From: Anaeramoeba ignava BMAN
Taxonomy: Eukaryota > Protista > Anaeramoebae
Assembly (NCBI GenBank): GCA_028826165.1
Contig: JAPDFW010000063.1
Location: 1,054,001-1,118,000 of the forward strand
Direction of reading: 5' to 3'
DNA length: 64,000 bases
Positions 38,830 to 49,876 of the stretch are shown piece by piece. A model generated the notes under the pieces. That model did no database searches, was not told the DNA's origin, and was given only the letters and a program-made list of their open reading frames with translations. A program made the position numbers and the translations under genes. The first letter of the stretch is position 1; each line of letters begins with the position of its first letter.

Positions 38830-40390
38830 CTAAGAAGACCATCCAAAAATTTCTGCTGATCTTGAAATGTAAAAAAAACAAAGTAAAATGAAAAAAGCGA
38901 TCCAAACAAACCAAGCTCCAGTTATTTTCACAACATTATATTTTTGATTTTCTTGGGGATTTTCAGAAACCAATTCTTGAGTAAAACGATTGACACATTT
39001 CAAATCCAAAGAATCAAAAGAATCCGAAATCTTTCTATAACTTTTCTTCAAGAAAGACCAACCAAGATGATAATAAGTAATAACAAAAACCAAGACATCA
39101 AAAATCAAGTAAGAGAATCCTTGGAGTATCCAGCAATACATATTATTTGGATCATCTTTTTGGTATGTGAGAGCAGAATCTGCCTTGAGAAGTGGGATCG
39201 CAGCAACTAACTGAAACACACTATCAAAAATAAGAGTCCAGTATTGCGGAACTCGTGTTGAATAGAAATAGAGAGCAACACCAAGTGAACCCCCAGTTAC
39301 TACTTGTCCTACTGAGTGAAATCCTAATGTAACTCTTTCTATCATTGCAAGTATTAATATAACAACTCCAACAATTCTTGATAATATCGGAAAATATATT
39401 GCTTCGTCAAAAAGAAAACTACCTAATAATCCTCCTGTCATAGAATCTCCTGATGGCATTCCATATATTGATCCAACTGGTGAAAATTCTCCAGTTCCTT
39501 CGATATCGCATATACACTTATATAATTTATTTAATTATTATATTATTATATATTAATTATTATATTAATTATTATATTAATTATTATATAAATTATTATA
39601 TAAATTATTATATAAATTATTATATTAATTATTATATTATTATATATTAATTATTATATTAATTATTAAATAAATTATTATATTAATTATTATATAAATT
39701 ATTATATTAATTATTATATTAATTATTATATAAATTATTATTTAAATTATTATATAAATTATTATATAAATTATTATATATTAATTATTATATAAATTAT
39801 TATATAAATTATTATATAAATTATTATATAAATTATTATATAAATTATTATATTAATTATTATATTAATTATTATATATATTAATTATATAAATTATTAT
39901 ATAAATTATTTAAATGAATTTTGAATAAAAGATTAAAACACACTGGACGGCGTTGACGAAAGACTGTATATAACATAACATCCAAAACAAATGCATAAAC
40001 AAGACGATGAACAAAATTTAATAAAACAAATTGAATTCTAAAAAATTTTTTAATTGAAGAATTTGAAGATAATTTTTTTGTTCCAAAGACAATAACAGGT
40101 AACACAATAATAGCAACAACTCCAAACGTCATTAATGTAACTGGATTAAAATATTGATAGAACATATTTCCATAAATCGTTCCAACACCAAGAGGGATTT
40201 GCTTAAAGCATTTATTAAAGAACTACAATTAAAAAAATTTTTTTTGAATTGAATATTTTTTTTTTAATTGAAATTTTTTTTATTGAATTTTTACATTATT
40301 ATTTAATTGATTCTTGCATGAAGGCTTTATTCCTTGAATTGATTGTAAGATTGATAATAAAATTATAATTGAAATAATAAGTGATTTCAT
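38830..40390 (-). CDS. PAP2-superfamily membrane phosphatase-like protein (dolichyl-pyrophosphatase-like) with signal peptide, 3 exons
   Basis: MKSLIISIIILLSILQSIQG signal; C1 VFRQRRP, C2 YGMPSGD, C3 ERVTLGFHSVGQ; multiple TM segments. RRP|CICD joined across an intron filled with a 12-bp TATTATATAAAT repeat. Confidence 0.82.
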
Positions 40391-40545
40391 TTTAAATCTT
40401 AACAAAAAAAAAAGAAGCAAAAATAAAAAAATAAATTTTTCATTTTTTTTTTATTTTAACCATTTTTTATTTTTGTTTTAAAAAAATTTTTTTAGTTTTC
40501 TTCTTTTCTTTTTTTCTTTTCTTTTTATAAAAAATAAAATTCACA

Positions 40546-43500
40546 ATGTCGAAAAGAATATCAAGAATTGCGAAAGAAATGCAAATAAAAAGACAAACAA
40601 TGTCTTCTCAATCTATTTCTGATTTTAAAAACCAATTAAAATTCTATCAAACAAATGGTTAATTTTTTTATCTTTTTTTTTATTTAAATGAATTGGTTTT
40701 TCCAAATAACAAAAAAAGCAGAAATTATTATAATTATTATAATTAACATTTTGAAAAAAATTTTTTAAAATTGAAAATAATTATGATCAAATTCAAATGG
40801 AATGATCAAATTAAAATCAAATTAATAATTTAAATCAAATTAATAATATAAATCAATTTTATAATTTAAATCAATTCAACCACAAAACAAAAATAATAAA
40901 TCAATTTTATAATTTAAATACAATTCAATCACAAAGCAAAAAAATAATTCAATTTTATAATATAAATCAATTTTTATAATTTAAATCAATTTTATAATAT
41001 AAATCAAATTTATAATTTAAATCAAATTAATAATTTAAATCAAATTAATAATTTAAATCAAATTTATAATTTAAATCAATTCAACCACAAAACAAAAATA
41101 ATAAATCAATTTTATAATTTAAATCAATTCCATAATATAAATCAATTTCATAATATAAATCAATTTAACCACAAAACAAAAATAAATCAATTTTATAATT
41201 TAAATCAATTTTATAATTTAAATCAAATTTATAATATAAATCAATTTTATATAAATATTAATATAAATTATTATATAATTTAAATCAAATTTATTATATA
41301 AATCAATTTTATAAATTTAAATCAATTTTATATAAATTAAATTATTTATAATTTAAATCAAATTTATAATTTAAATCAAATTTATAATTTAAATCAAATT
41401 ATATAATTTTAAATCAAATTTATTATTTTAAATTATTATAATAATTATTATATAAATTATTATATTAATTATATAAATTATTATATAAATTATATAAATG
41501 AATTTTGAATAAAAATCACAAAGCAAAACGAAAGACTGTATATAACATAACATCCAAAACAAATGCATAAACAAGAATGAACAAAATTTAATAAAACAAA
41601 TTGAATTCTAAAAATTTTTAATTGAAGAATTTGAAGATAATTTTTGTTCCAAAGACAATTTAAACAAATAATAATATAAATCAATTTAAAACGTCATTAA
41701 TGTAATAATTTAAATCAAATTAATATTTTAATAAATCGTTCCAACACCAAGAGGGATTTGCTTAAAGCATTTATTAAAGAACTACAATTAAAAAAATTTT
41801 TTTTGAATTGAATATTTTTTTTTTAATTGAAATTTTTATTGAATTTTACATTATTATTTAATTGATTCTTGCATGAATTTTTATAATTTAATTACAATTG
41901 TAGATTGATAATAAAATTATAATTGAAATAATAATTGATTTCATTTTAAATCTTAAAAATTCAAGCAAAAATAAAAATAAATTTTTCATTTTTATTTTAA
42001 CCATTTTTATTTTTGTTTTAAAAATTTTTAGTTTTCTTCTTTTCTTTTTCTTTTCTTTTTATAAAAATAAAATTCACAATGTCGAAAAGAATATCAAGAA
42101 TTGCGAAAGAAATGCAAATAAAAAAAGACAAAACAATGTCTTCTCAATCTATTTCTGATTTTAAAAAAAATAAATCAATTTTATAATTTGAAACAAATGG
42201 TTAATTTTTATCTTTTTATTTAAATGAATTGGTTTTTCCAAATCAACAAAAGCAGAAATTATTATAATTATTATAATTAACATTTTGAAAAAAATTTTTT
42301 AAAATTGAAAATAATTATGATCAAATTCAAATGGAATGATCAAATTAAAATCAAATTAATAATTTAAATCAAATTAATAATATAAATCAATTTTATAATT
42401 TAAATCAATTCAACCACAAAACAAAAATAATAAATCAATTTTATAATTTAAATACAATTCAATCACAAAGCAAAAAAATAATTCAATTTTATAATATAAA
42501 TCAATTTTTATAATTTAAATCAAATTAATAATTTAAATCAATTTTATAATTTAAATCAATTCAACCACAAAACAAAAATAAATCAATTTATAATTTAAAT
42601 ACAATTCAATCACAAAGCAAAAAAATAAATCAATTTATAATTTAAATCAAATTAATAATTTAAATCAATTTTATAATTTAAATCAATTTTATAATTTAAA
42701 TACAATTTTATAATTTAAATCAAATTTATAGTATAAATCAATTTAATAATTTAAATCAAATTCATAATTTAAATCAAATTTTTAATTTAAATCAATTTTA
42801 TAATTTAAATCAATTTTATAATTTAAATCAATTTTATAATTTAAATAAAATTAATAATTTAAACACAAATCAAATCAAAATTAGACCAAAAAAATTATTT
42901 AGCTCCTCTTATAGATTCCTTTTTTGAGCATCAAGAAGGAATAATGTTAAAATATAAAAATGTACCCTTTTATATTTCACCAGATGGAAAAATATACGAT
43001 TTATATTACCATCAAATTTATTCGAAAGATGGTGAAAATTCTCAAGAATTTAGAACCACATCTGAAAATTATTATGATATATTACTTCAACAACTTTCTC
43101 CACATGATTTGGAAAATATACCAAATTTCCCAGATTTTAGTCAATGTAATTCTTATTCAGAATTTGAAGAAAAAGCAATTCAATGGAAAGAAGATATTCT
43201 ACAAAGATTGGGTTTTATTAAATTACCCAGATTACTTGGAAGAACTTATCCTCGTCCAAAATTTCATGAAGATAAGGTTTTTATTAAAATTAATTTAATA
43301 TATAATACCTTATATTTTTTGATAAAATTAAAATTAAATCACGAACTCAAAAATTTCTCATAAACTCATTTTTATTCTTATATTTTCCAAAATCAAAATC
43401 AAAATCAATATCAAAATCAATATCAAAATCAAAATCAATATCAAAATCAAAATCAAAGATTCATAAATATTTTGAATCTGATGAAAAAATTATTACAGAT

Positions 43501-46500
43501 TTTTCTTCGCCAAGAGATTCTTCAGATGCTAATAAATCAGGGAAATTAAGAACATCTTTATCAAGTGTAAAAAATGATTTTGATGAAAATGAACCAGACT
43601 ATCAAAGTGAAAAAGAAATACGTTCGGAATCAACTGAAGAAAAAGAAGTAAATTTATTTAAAATTAAAATTAAAATTAAAATTAAAATTAAAATTAAAAT
43701 TAAAATTAAAATTAAAATTAAAATTAAAACTAATATTAAAATTAAAATTAAAATTAAAATTAAAATTAAAATTAAAATTAAAATTAAAATTAAAATTAAA
43801 ATTAAAATTAAAATTAAAATTAAAATTAAAATTAAAATTAAAATTAAAATTGAAATTAAAACTAAAATTAAAATTAAAATTAAAATTAAAATTAAAATTA
43901 AAATTAAAATTAAAATTAAAATTAAAATTAAAATTCAAATTAAAATTAATATTAAAAGAATCGATCAAAAATGGTAAATCCTTCTCTTCGTTTTTATGAT
44001 GGAACAGACCTTCTAATTCGCCAAAATGAAAGTTGGAAAAATTATTTAATTCCACCAACTCCAAAAGCTCAATATTATTTAAGTTATGAAGGTAAATTTA
44101 TTACAAAACGAATTATAGTTTAGTAATAAAAAAAATTAAATGAAATTAAATGAAATCAAATTAAATTAATAAATTATAAAAATGAAAGAATTTGAAGAAG
44201 CTTATTATAATTGGGGACAAATTGTTTTGAGTCAACTTCCACAAATTCCTCCACATCCAAAAAATTTTGAAGAAATGTATGGGTTTCTTACTGGAGAAGA
44301 AAGAATTCAAAAAATTCAAAAAAGAATGTTAAAAGAAAGTCAATTTGATTATGTATTTTATTATTAATTTAACTTATTTTTTGGATCTTGCTTTTATATT
44401 TATATATTTATATATATTTATATTTATTTTAAAGAATAAATATGAAACAAAATTGAAAAAGAAAATTATTAGATTGAATTGGTATGATTTATGGAGGAAA
44501 AAAATTGAGAGAAATACTCTTTTTTATTCCATTTCATTTGGGCATGGATCTAAAATTGGATTTTCAAATATTTTTGCAGATTTAAAACAAAATCAAAAAC
44601 AAAATCAAAATCAAAATTTAAATTTAAATGAAAATCAAAATCAAAATCAAAATCAAAATCAAATTAAAAATCAAAATCAAAATCAAAATGAAATTAAAAA
44701 TGAAAATCAAAATGAAAATCAAAATGAAATTGAAAATCAAAATCAAAATCAAAATCAAAATCAACTGACTGAATCAAAAAAAGAAATTTACAATTTTCTT
44801 GATAAAATATATTCCAAAATCAAAAATAATATTCATGATTTTAATTCAATTTCAAAACCAATTTTGGGTCAAATTTATGGCAAAATAAAAACAAATGAAA
44901 TCGAATATTCAAAAAAATATCAACAAAAAATTAATTTACCATTAAGAAGAACTGGTTTAACAGAAAATCTACTAAATGAGTCTTATCAAATACCAATAGA
45001 AATGAAAGTAAATCATAATTTTATTACCTTTGCAAACAAATTCTTAAATCATATATTGATTTAAAATTAAATTTAAATTGATTTAAAATTAAAATTAAAA
45101 TCAAATTGATTTAAAATTAAAATTAAAATAAAATTGATATTAAAATTAAAATAAAATTGATTTAAAATTAAAATTAAAATTTAGAAGGAAGACATAGATT
45201 TCTCATTTCCAGATTATGATTTATCTCTAAAAATTGAATATTCCCAAATTCATGATCCAAAATATTTACAAAAAATACAATCAGAATTAAATACAATTAA
45301 TGAAAACGCAAAGTTAGATGAATTTAAATATTTAACTAATGCAAATAAATATTCAAAAAAGGTAGATTTTTTCCTTTTAACAAAAAACAACAACAATAAA
45401 ATATAATATTAAAAAATAAAATTTCATTTTATTAGAATTTGCAAATTTATAAGCAAAAAATTGATAAATTAACTGAAGCAGGAACTCCTCTTACAGTTGA
45501 AGAATTAAAAGAAGTTTTTCATTTTAATATTGGAATTGATCAATTATCAAATTTTTTATTAGAACTTGTGCTTGTAAAATACCAAGAACAAACCATTTCT
45601 TCATTCTTTCAACTTTCAGTTACAAAAGAAAATTTTTCACAAATTTTAAATTTATTTTATGAAAATCATTCTCTTGAATTTCATTTTAGAGTAAATTATA
45701 GAAAGAAACAAAAAAAGAGAGAGAGAAAAAAAAAGACTAAAATTTATAATCATTTTAAAATGGAAATAGTTTTCTCAATTCATTTCTGAACTTGTTCAAA
45801 CAAATTTAGGAAGATCATTAATTAATCATTATTTGAATAATCACGAAGTATTGAATCTTTATTATATCGCTTACTCAGTAAATATGACTGATAATAATCC
45901 TCAACCGATATTTCCTTATTCAAAATTGATCCAAATACTTTGCAAAATTGTACATATTAATTTAAATTTAAATTTTAATTTAATTTGATTCATTTTAATT
46001 TTTATTTGATTTCATTTGGAAAGAAAAACAAAAACAGCATTTTGGATCAATTCGAAAATATTTTTTTCATAAATTATTACTTATCAATTATACAATCGCA
46101 AATGACATCTGAGAGTCAAATGTTTTCATTTGTTTCAGGATCAAATGAAATTACAAAGAAAATGAAACAATTCACATCAATTATGATAGATAATCTCAAA
46201 AACAATTCAAATGCAATTATCAATAATTTATTTGAGGGAATAAATTCTCGATCAACTTTAATTTCTGAATATTATGCATTCATTTTGAGGAAATTATTTC
46301 TGTATAAAAATGGAGATATTGAAGTAATTTGTTTTTTATTTCCATTTTTTGCAATTAACTTAATTTCCAACAAAAAACAAAAAACAACTTTCTTTTCTCT
46401 TTCTTTTGATTGCTTTTTTATGATCAAATTAAGAAAATTCTCATGCTTGACGAAAGTAAATTATTCGAGAACATTCGAAAATTAGGAAATAGTAAATACA

Positions 46501-47801
46501 GTCATTCTCAGCAATATTGCCAAGTTTTATGGAGAACATTAATTTCAAACAATAAATGGCTTAATTTTTTAACTGAAAAATACTCTAAAAATTACCAATT
46601 TTTGATTCTTGATATTTATCCACCAAACAAAATTGAAAACGAAAATGAATTTGAAGTTGAAAATAAACATCGTTTGATGAACTTGTTGTTGTGCCAATTC
46701 CTGAAAACAGCGTTTGATAAAATTGACTTGAAAAAGAAGAAGAAAAAGAAGCTAACTTATGATCTTTTAAGAGCAAAACTGTTTTTTGACTTACTTTCTC
46801 AATGTGAATATCATGTTACAATCAATTATTTCACTGAAACCTTGATTTTTATGACTAAAATTATGAAAATTATGGCAAAGAAATTCCGCAAAATATCAGC
46901 AATATCAACAGAAATGCCAACAAACATAGATGATTTCGATCTTCTGAATTCGTATCTGTTTATTTCTTTGGATCATTTGAAGATCATCATCTCAATCATC
47001 TTGAAACTTCCCAAAAATCTTAGTCAAGCGCAGAAGAACCTAGTTTCGTTCTTCAGGAACTTATTCGCGAGGAACAAGTTTTCACGCTTTTTGTTCAGAA
47101 TCCAAGCATTTTTTCATCAATTATCTTGATATTCCGCAATTGCAAAAGTTTTGGATTGAGCGAATATTTATGGGAATTGATTTATAAATTAATTCTTTAT
47201 CATAATGGCTTCATTGGCAAGTTGATCCAGAATAATCAATTAAACTCAGTTATTGAACTGATTTCTCCAAGTTATCATATTTCTGTTGTTGTTTATGGAT
47301 TAGAACATTTCAAGAAAATATTCAATATGGTTAATGAAGAACGAAATAAAATCAAATTAACAAAAAAACCTTCTCGAAATAAACATTCTTTGAAAACAAT
47401 TGAGAAGGATATTAAGTCCTTTATTGATTATTTTGAAGAAAATTCTTTTTTCGTAACATTTCATATGATTCTTAAATCATGTATTAGTTCAGAAGATCGG
47501 AGATTTATTGTAAGTTGAAAATAAAATCAATTAAAATCAAAATCAATTAAAATCAAAATTAAAATCAAAATTTATTAAAATTAAAATTAAAATCAATTAA
47601 TTATTCCACTTTTTTTTTTTAAAAAAGAATTTGGCAGAAATTTATAATATTATTTTAACAAATCCTTCTTGTTCTAAAATTTTAACTCAAGTAAATTCAA
47701 GAGAACATTATAAATTTACTTTTGATTTTTTAACTCAATTTTTTAAACAAGGTTACAAATTAAAATATAATAAGAAAACAAAAGGATATTCTTTAATTTG
47801 A
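40546..47801 (+). CDS. Large multi-exon protein resembling Sca1-complex scaffold ScaA (repeated P.P..Y/F..F.EFE.A...W motifs, helical C-terminus); one apparent frameshift near 47045
   Basis: Exon 1 MSKRISRIAKE...QTN|, then FYISPDGKIYD, FPDFSQCNSYSEFEEKAIQWK, W..YLIPPTP..QYY.SYEEFEEAYYNW...IPPHP, and helical exons ending TGA 47799-47801. Family assignment is from recalled motif similarity only. Confidence 0.6.
41480..42880 (+). repeat. Degraded tandem copy (offset ~1,533 bp) of ~39900-41400, covering the PAP2 5' exons, the divergent promoter and ScaA-like exon 1
   Basis: ATGTCGAAAAGAATATCAAG at 40546 and 42079; ccaacaccaagagggattt at ~40181 and ~41741. The second copy has many indels and intrusions of the neighbouring 18-bp repeat. 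Confidence 0.85.
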
Positions 47802-48169
47802 ATAGAAAAAGAAAAATAAGAAACAAAATAATTTAAATTAATTAATTTTTTTTTTTCCTTTTTATTCTTTAATTACTTTTTTTGGATAATTAAATGAAAA
47901 ATAATCTTTTTATTTTTATTTTTATTTTTATTTTTATTTTTATTTTTATTTTTATTTTTATTTTTGTTTTTATTTTTATTTTTTTTTATTTTTATTTTTA
48001 TTTTTATTTTGAATAAGCAAATGAGTTCTCAGTTTAAATGATCAATTTAAAAGAAAAAAAAAAAGAAAATTTTTAATTCATTTTTTTCTTTTATTCTTTT
48101 TTTCTTTTTCTCTTTTATTCTTTTTTTTCTTTTTAGGATTTTGCTTTCATTAATCAATTAAGCAAAATA

Positions 48170-49528
48170 ATGCAATCTAACAACAAAATTACAATTAAAT
48201 GTTGTTTGGGAGAAGATATTCGTAGATTTTATTTACCAAAAGAAGCAGAATATGAAACACTCTTATTAAATCTTCAACAAATTTACAAAATTGATTTTTC
48301 CAAATCATCAAATTTCCAAATTCAATATATTGATGAAGAAGAAGATTGGATCACAATTACATCAACACATGAACTTTACACAGCAATCCAACTCATCTCT
48401 AACAACACACCACCAGTTTTGAAGCTTCAAATTTTCTTAAAAGAAGATGAAGATGAAATCAATGATAATGAAGATGAATATGAAATGAATGATAATGATA
48501 ACGAAGATGAAATCAATGATAATGATAACAAAGATGAAACGAATTCAAATCAAGGATTTTCGTTCCCTTTTTTCCCAGGATACTTCTTCTTTCAAAATCT
48601 TCTTGGCAAAGATTTCCAGGTTATTATTACTAACGTTCTTGAGATTATTAAGGATAAATCAATTTTTGATTGGTTCAAGAAATCAAAGTGTGAAATCGCT
48701 TCAATTTTCTGTCAATTAGTTCATTCAGGAGCTCAAGGAGTTGAGACTTTCAAACAAGGAATCAACGAACTTATTAAGGACTTCGAATTTTCACTTCCTG
48801 AGACTAAAAAGAGAATTACCGAAATTGTGAACCAAATTGCAAATCATGCTGGATCATTGAATATGTTTTTACATCAGAATTTGTGTGCAAAAATGTTCCA
48901 AGGATGCCCAAATCAAGATTCGGAATTATCCAATCAATCAACAGATCAACAAGCTCAAAACGGAAACTTTTTTGGATTTGGTTTTGGAAGAAATTTCGGA
49001 TTCAATAATAAAGGTTTTGGAAAAGGTAGAAATCAATGTTTTGGAGCAAGAAGAGGAATGTTTAGAGGAAGAAGAAGTCATTTTAGAGGAAGAAACCGTC
49101 AACATAATTTTAGGAATTTCTTTCAACCTAATTCTAATCAATTCCGTGGTAATTTCTATCGAAATCAAAGTCCTTTTGGTTTTCATTTTGGACAAATGAA
49201 TCCATATTTTCCTTTTCCTTTCCAATTCCAAAATGTGGATCAACAAAATTTTCAAGATGATTCACAAAATGATTTTGATACTCAGAATTTTCAACAAGAT
49301 GAACTCACAAATCAAATGAATGAAAAGCTTGGTCTTAATGATAATCAAGTTGATGATTTCAATTCCCAAAAAGATGATCAAATTTTCCCTTATATGCAAC
49401 AACTTGAAGATTTAAAAGAAATGGGTTTTCCTGATTCTGAAGAAATTCGACGTTTACTTATAAAGCATGAAGGACAGATATCTTTTGTTTTGAATAGCCT
49501 TCTTTCAAACAGTGCGAAATTCTTTTAA
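48170..49528 (+). CDS. PB1 + UBA domain protein, p62/SQSTM1/NBR1-like autophagy receptor (no ZZ finger seen); intronless
   Basis: PB1 with basic site (TIKCCLGEDIRRF) and acidic OPCA motif (QYIDEEEDWITITSTHEL); C-terminal UBA (QQLEDLKEMGFPDSEEIRRLLIKHEG.ISFVLNSLL); central FG/RG-rich low-complexity region. Confidence 0.85.
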   Translation: MQSNNKITIKCCLGEDIRRFYLPKEAEYETLLLNLQQIYKIDFSKSSNFQIQYIDEEEDWITITSTHELYTAIQLISNNTPPVLKLQIFLKEDEDEINDNEDEYEMNDNDNEDEINDNDNKDETNSNQGFSFPFFPGYFFFQNLLGKDFQVIITNVLEIIKDKSIFDWFKKSKCEIASIFCQLVHSGAQGVETFKQGINELIKDFEFSLPETKKRITEIVNQIANHAGSLNMFLHQNLCAKMFQGCPNQDSELSNQSTDQQAQNGNFFGFGFGRNFGFNNKGFGKGRNQCFGARRGMFRGRRSHFRGRNRQHNFRNFFQPNSNQFRGNFYRNQSPFGFHFGQMNPYFPFPFQFQNVDQQNFQDDSQNDFDTQNFQQDELTNQMNEKLGLNDNQVDDFNSQKDDQIFPYMQQLEDLKEMGFPDSEEIRRLLIKHEGQISFVLNSLLSNSAKFF

Positions 49529-49876
49529 AGAATTTATTCAAAATCCAAATCAAAATCAAAATCAATTTCAAATTCCAAATCAAAATCAAAATCAATTTCA
49601 AAATCAATTTCAAAATCAAAATCAAAATCAAAATCAATTTCAAAATCAAAATCAATTTCAAAATCAATTCCCTTTTTTTTTTTCAATTTCAAAATCAATT
49701 CCAATAAAAAATAAAAAAATTTAATTCCATTTTTTTTAATTCAATTTTTTTTCCTTTTTTTAATTCAATTTTTAATTCAATTTTTTTCCTTTTTTTTAAT
49801 TCCATTTTTTTTAATTTTTTTTTCCTCTTTTTTTTAATTTCATTTTTTTTCTTTCGTTTCATTTTTTTTTAAATAA

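Noticed and set aside
47030-47130. Programmed frameshift in the ScaA-like gene
   Set aside because: A -1 frame change is needed (…VLQELIREEQVF…) but there is no slippery heptamer; a single-base assembly error is more likely. The same applies to DCN1 copy 1 at ~24760.
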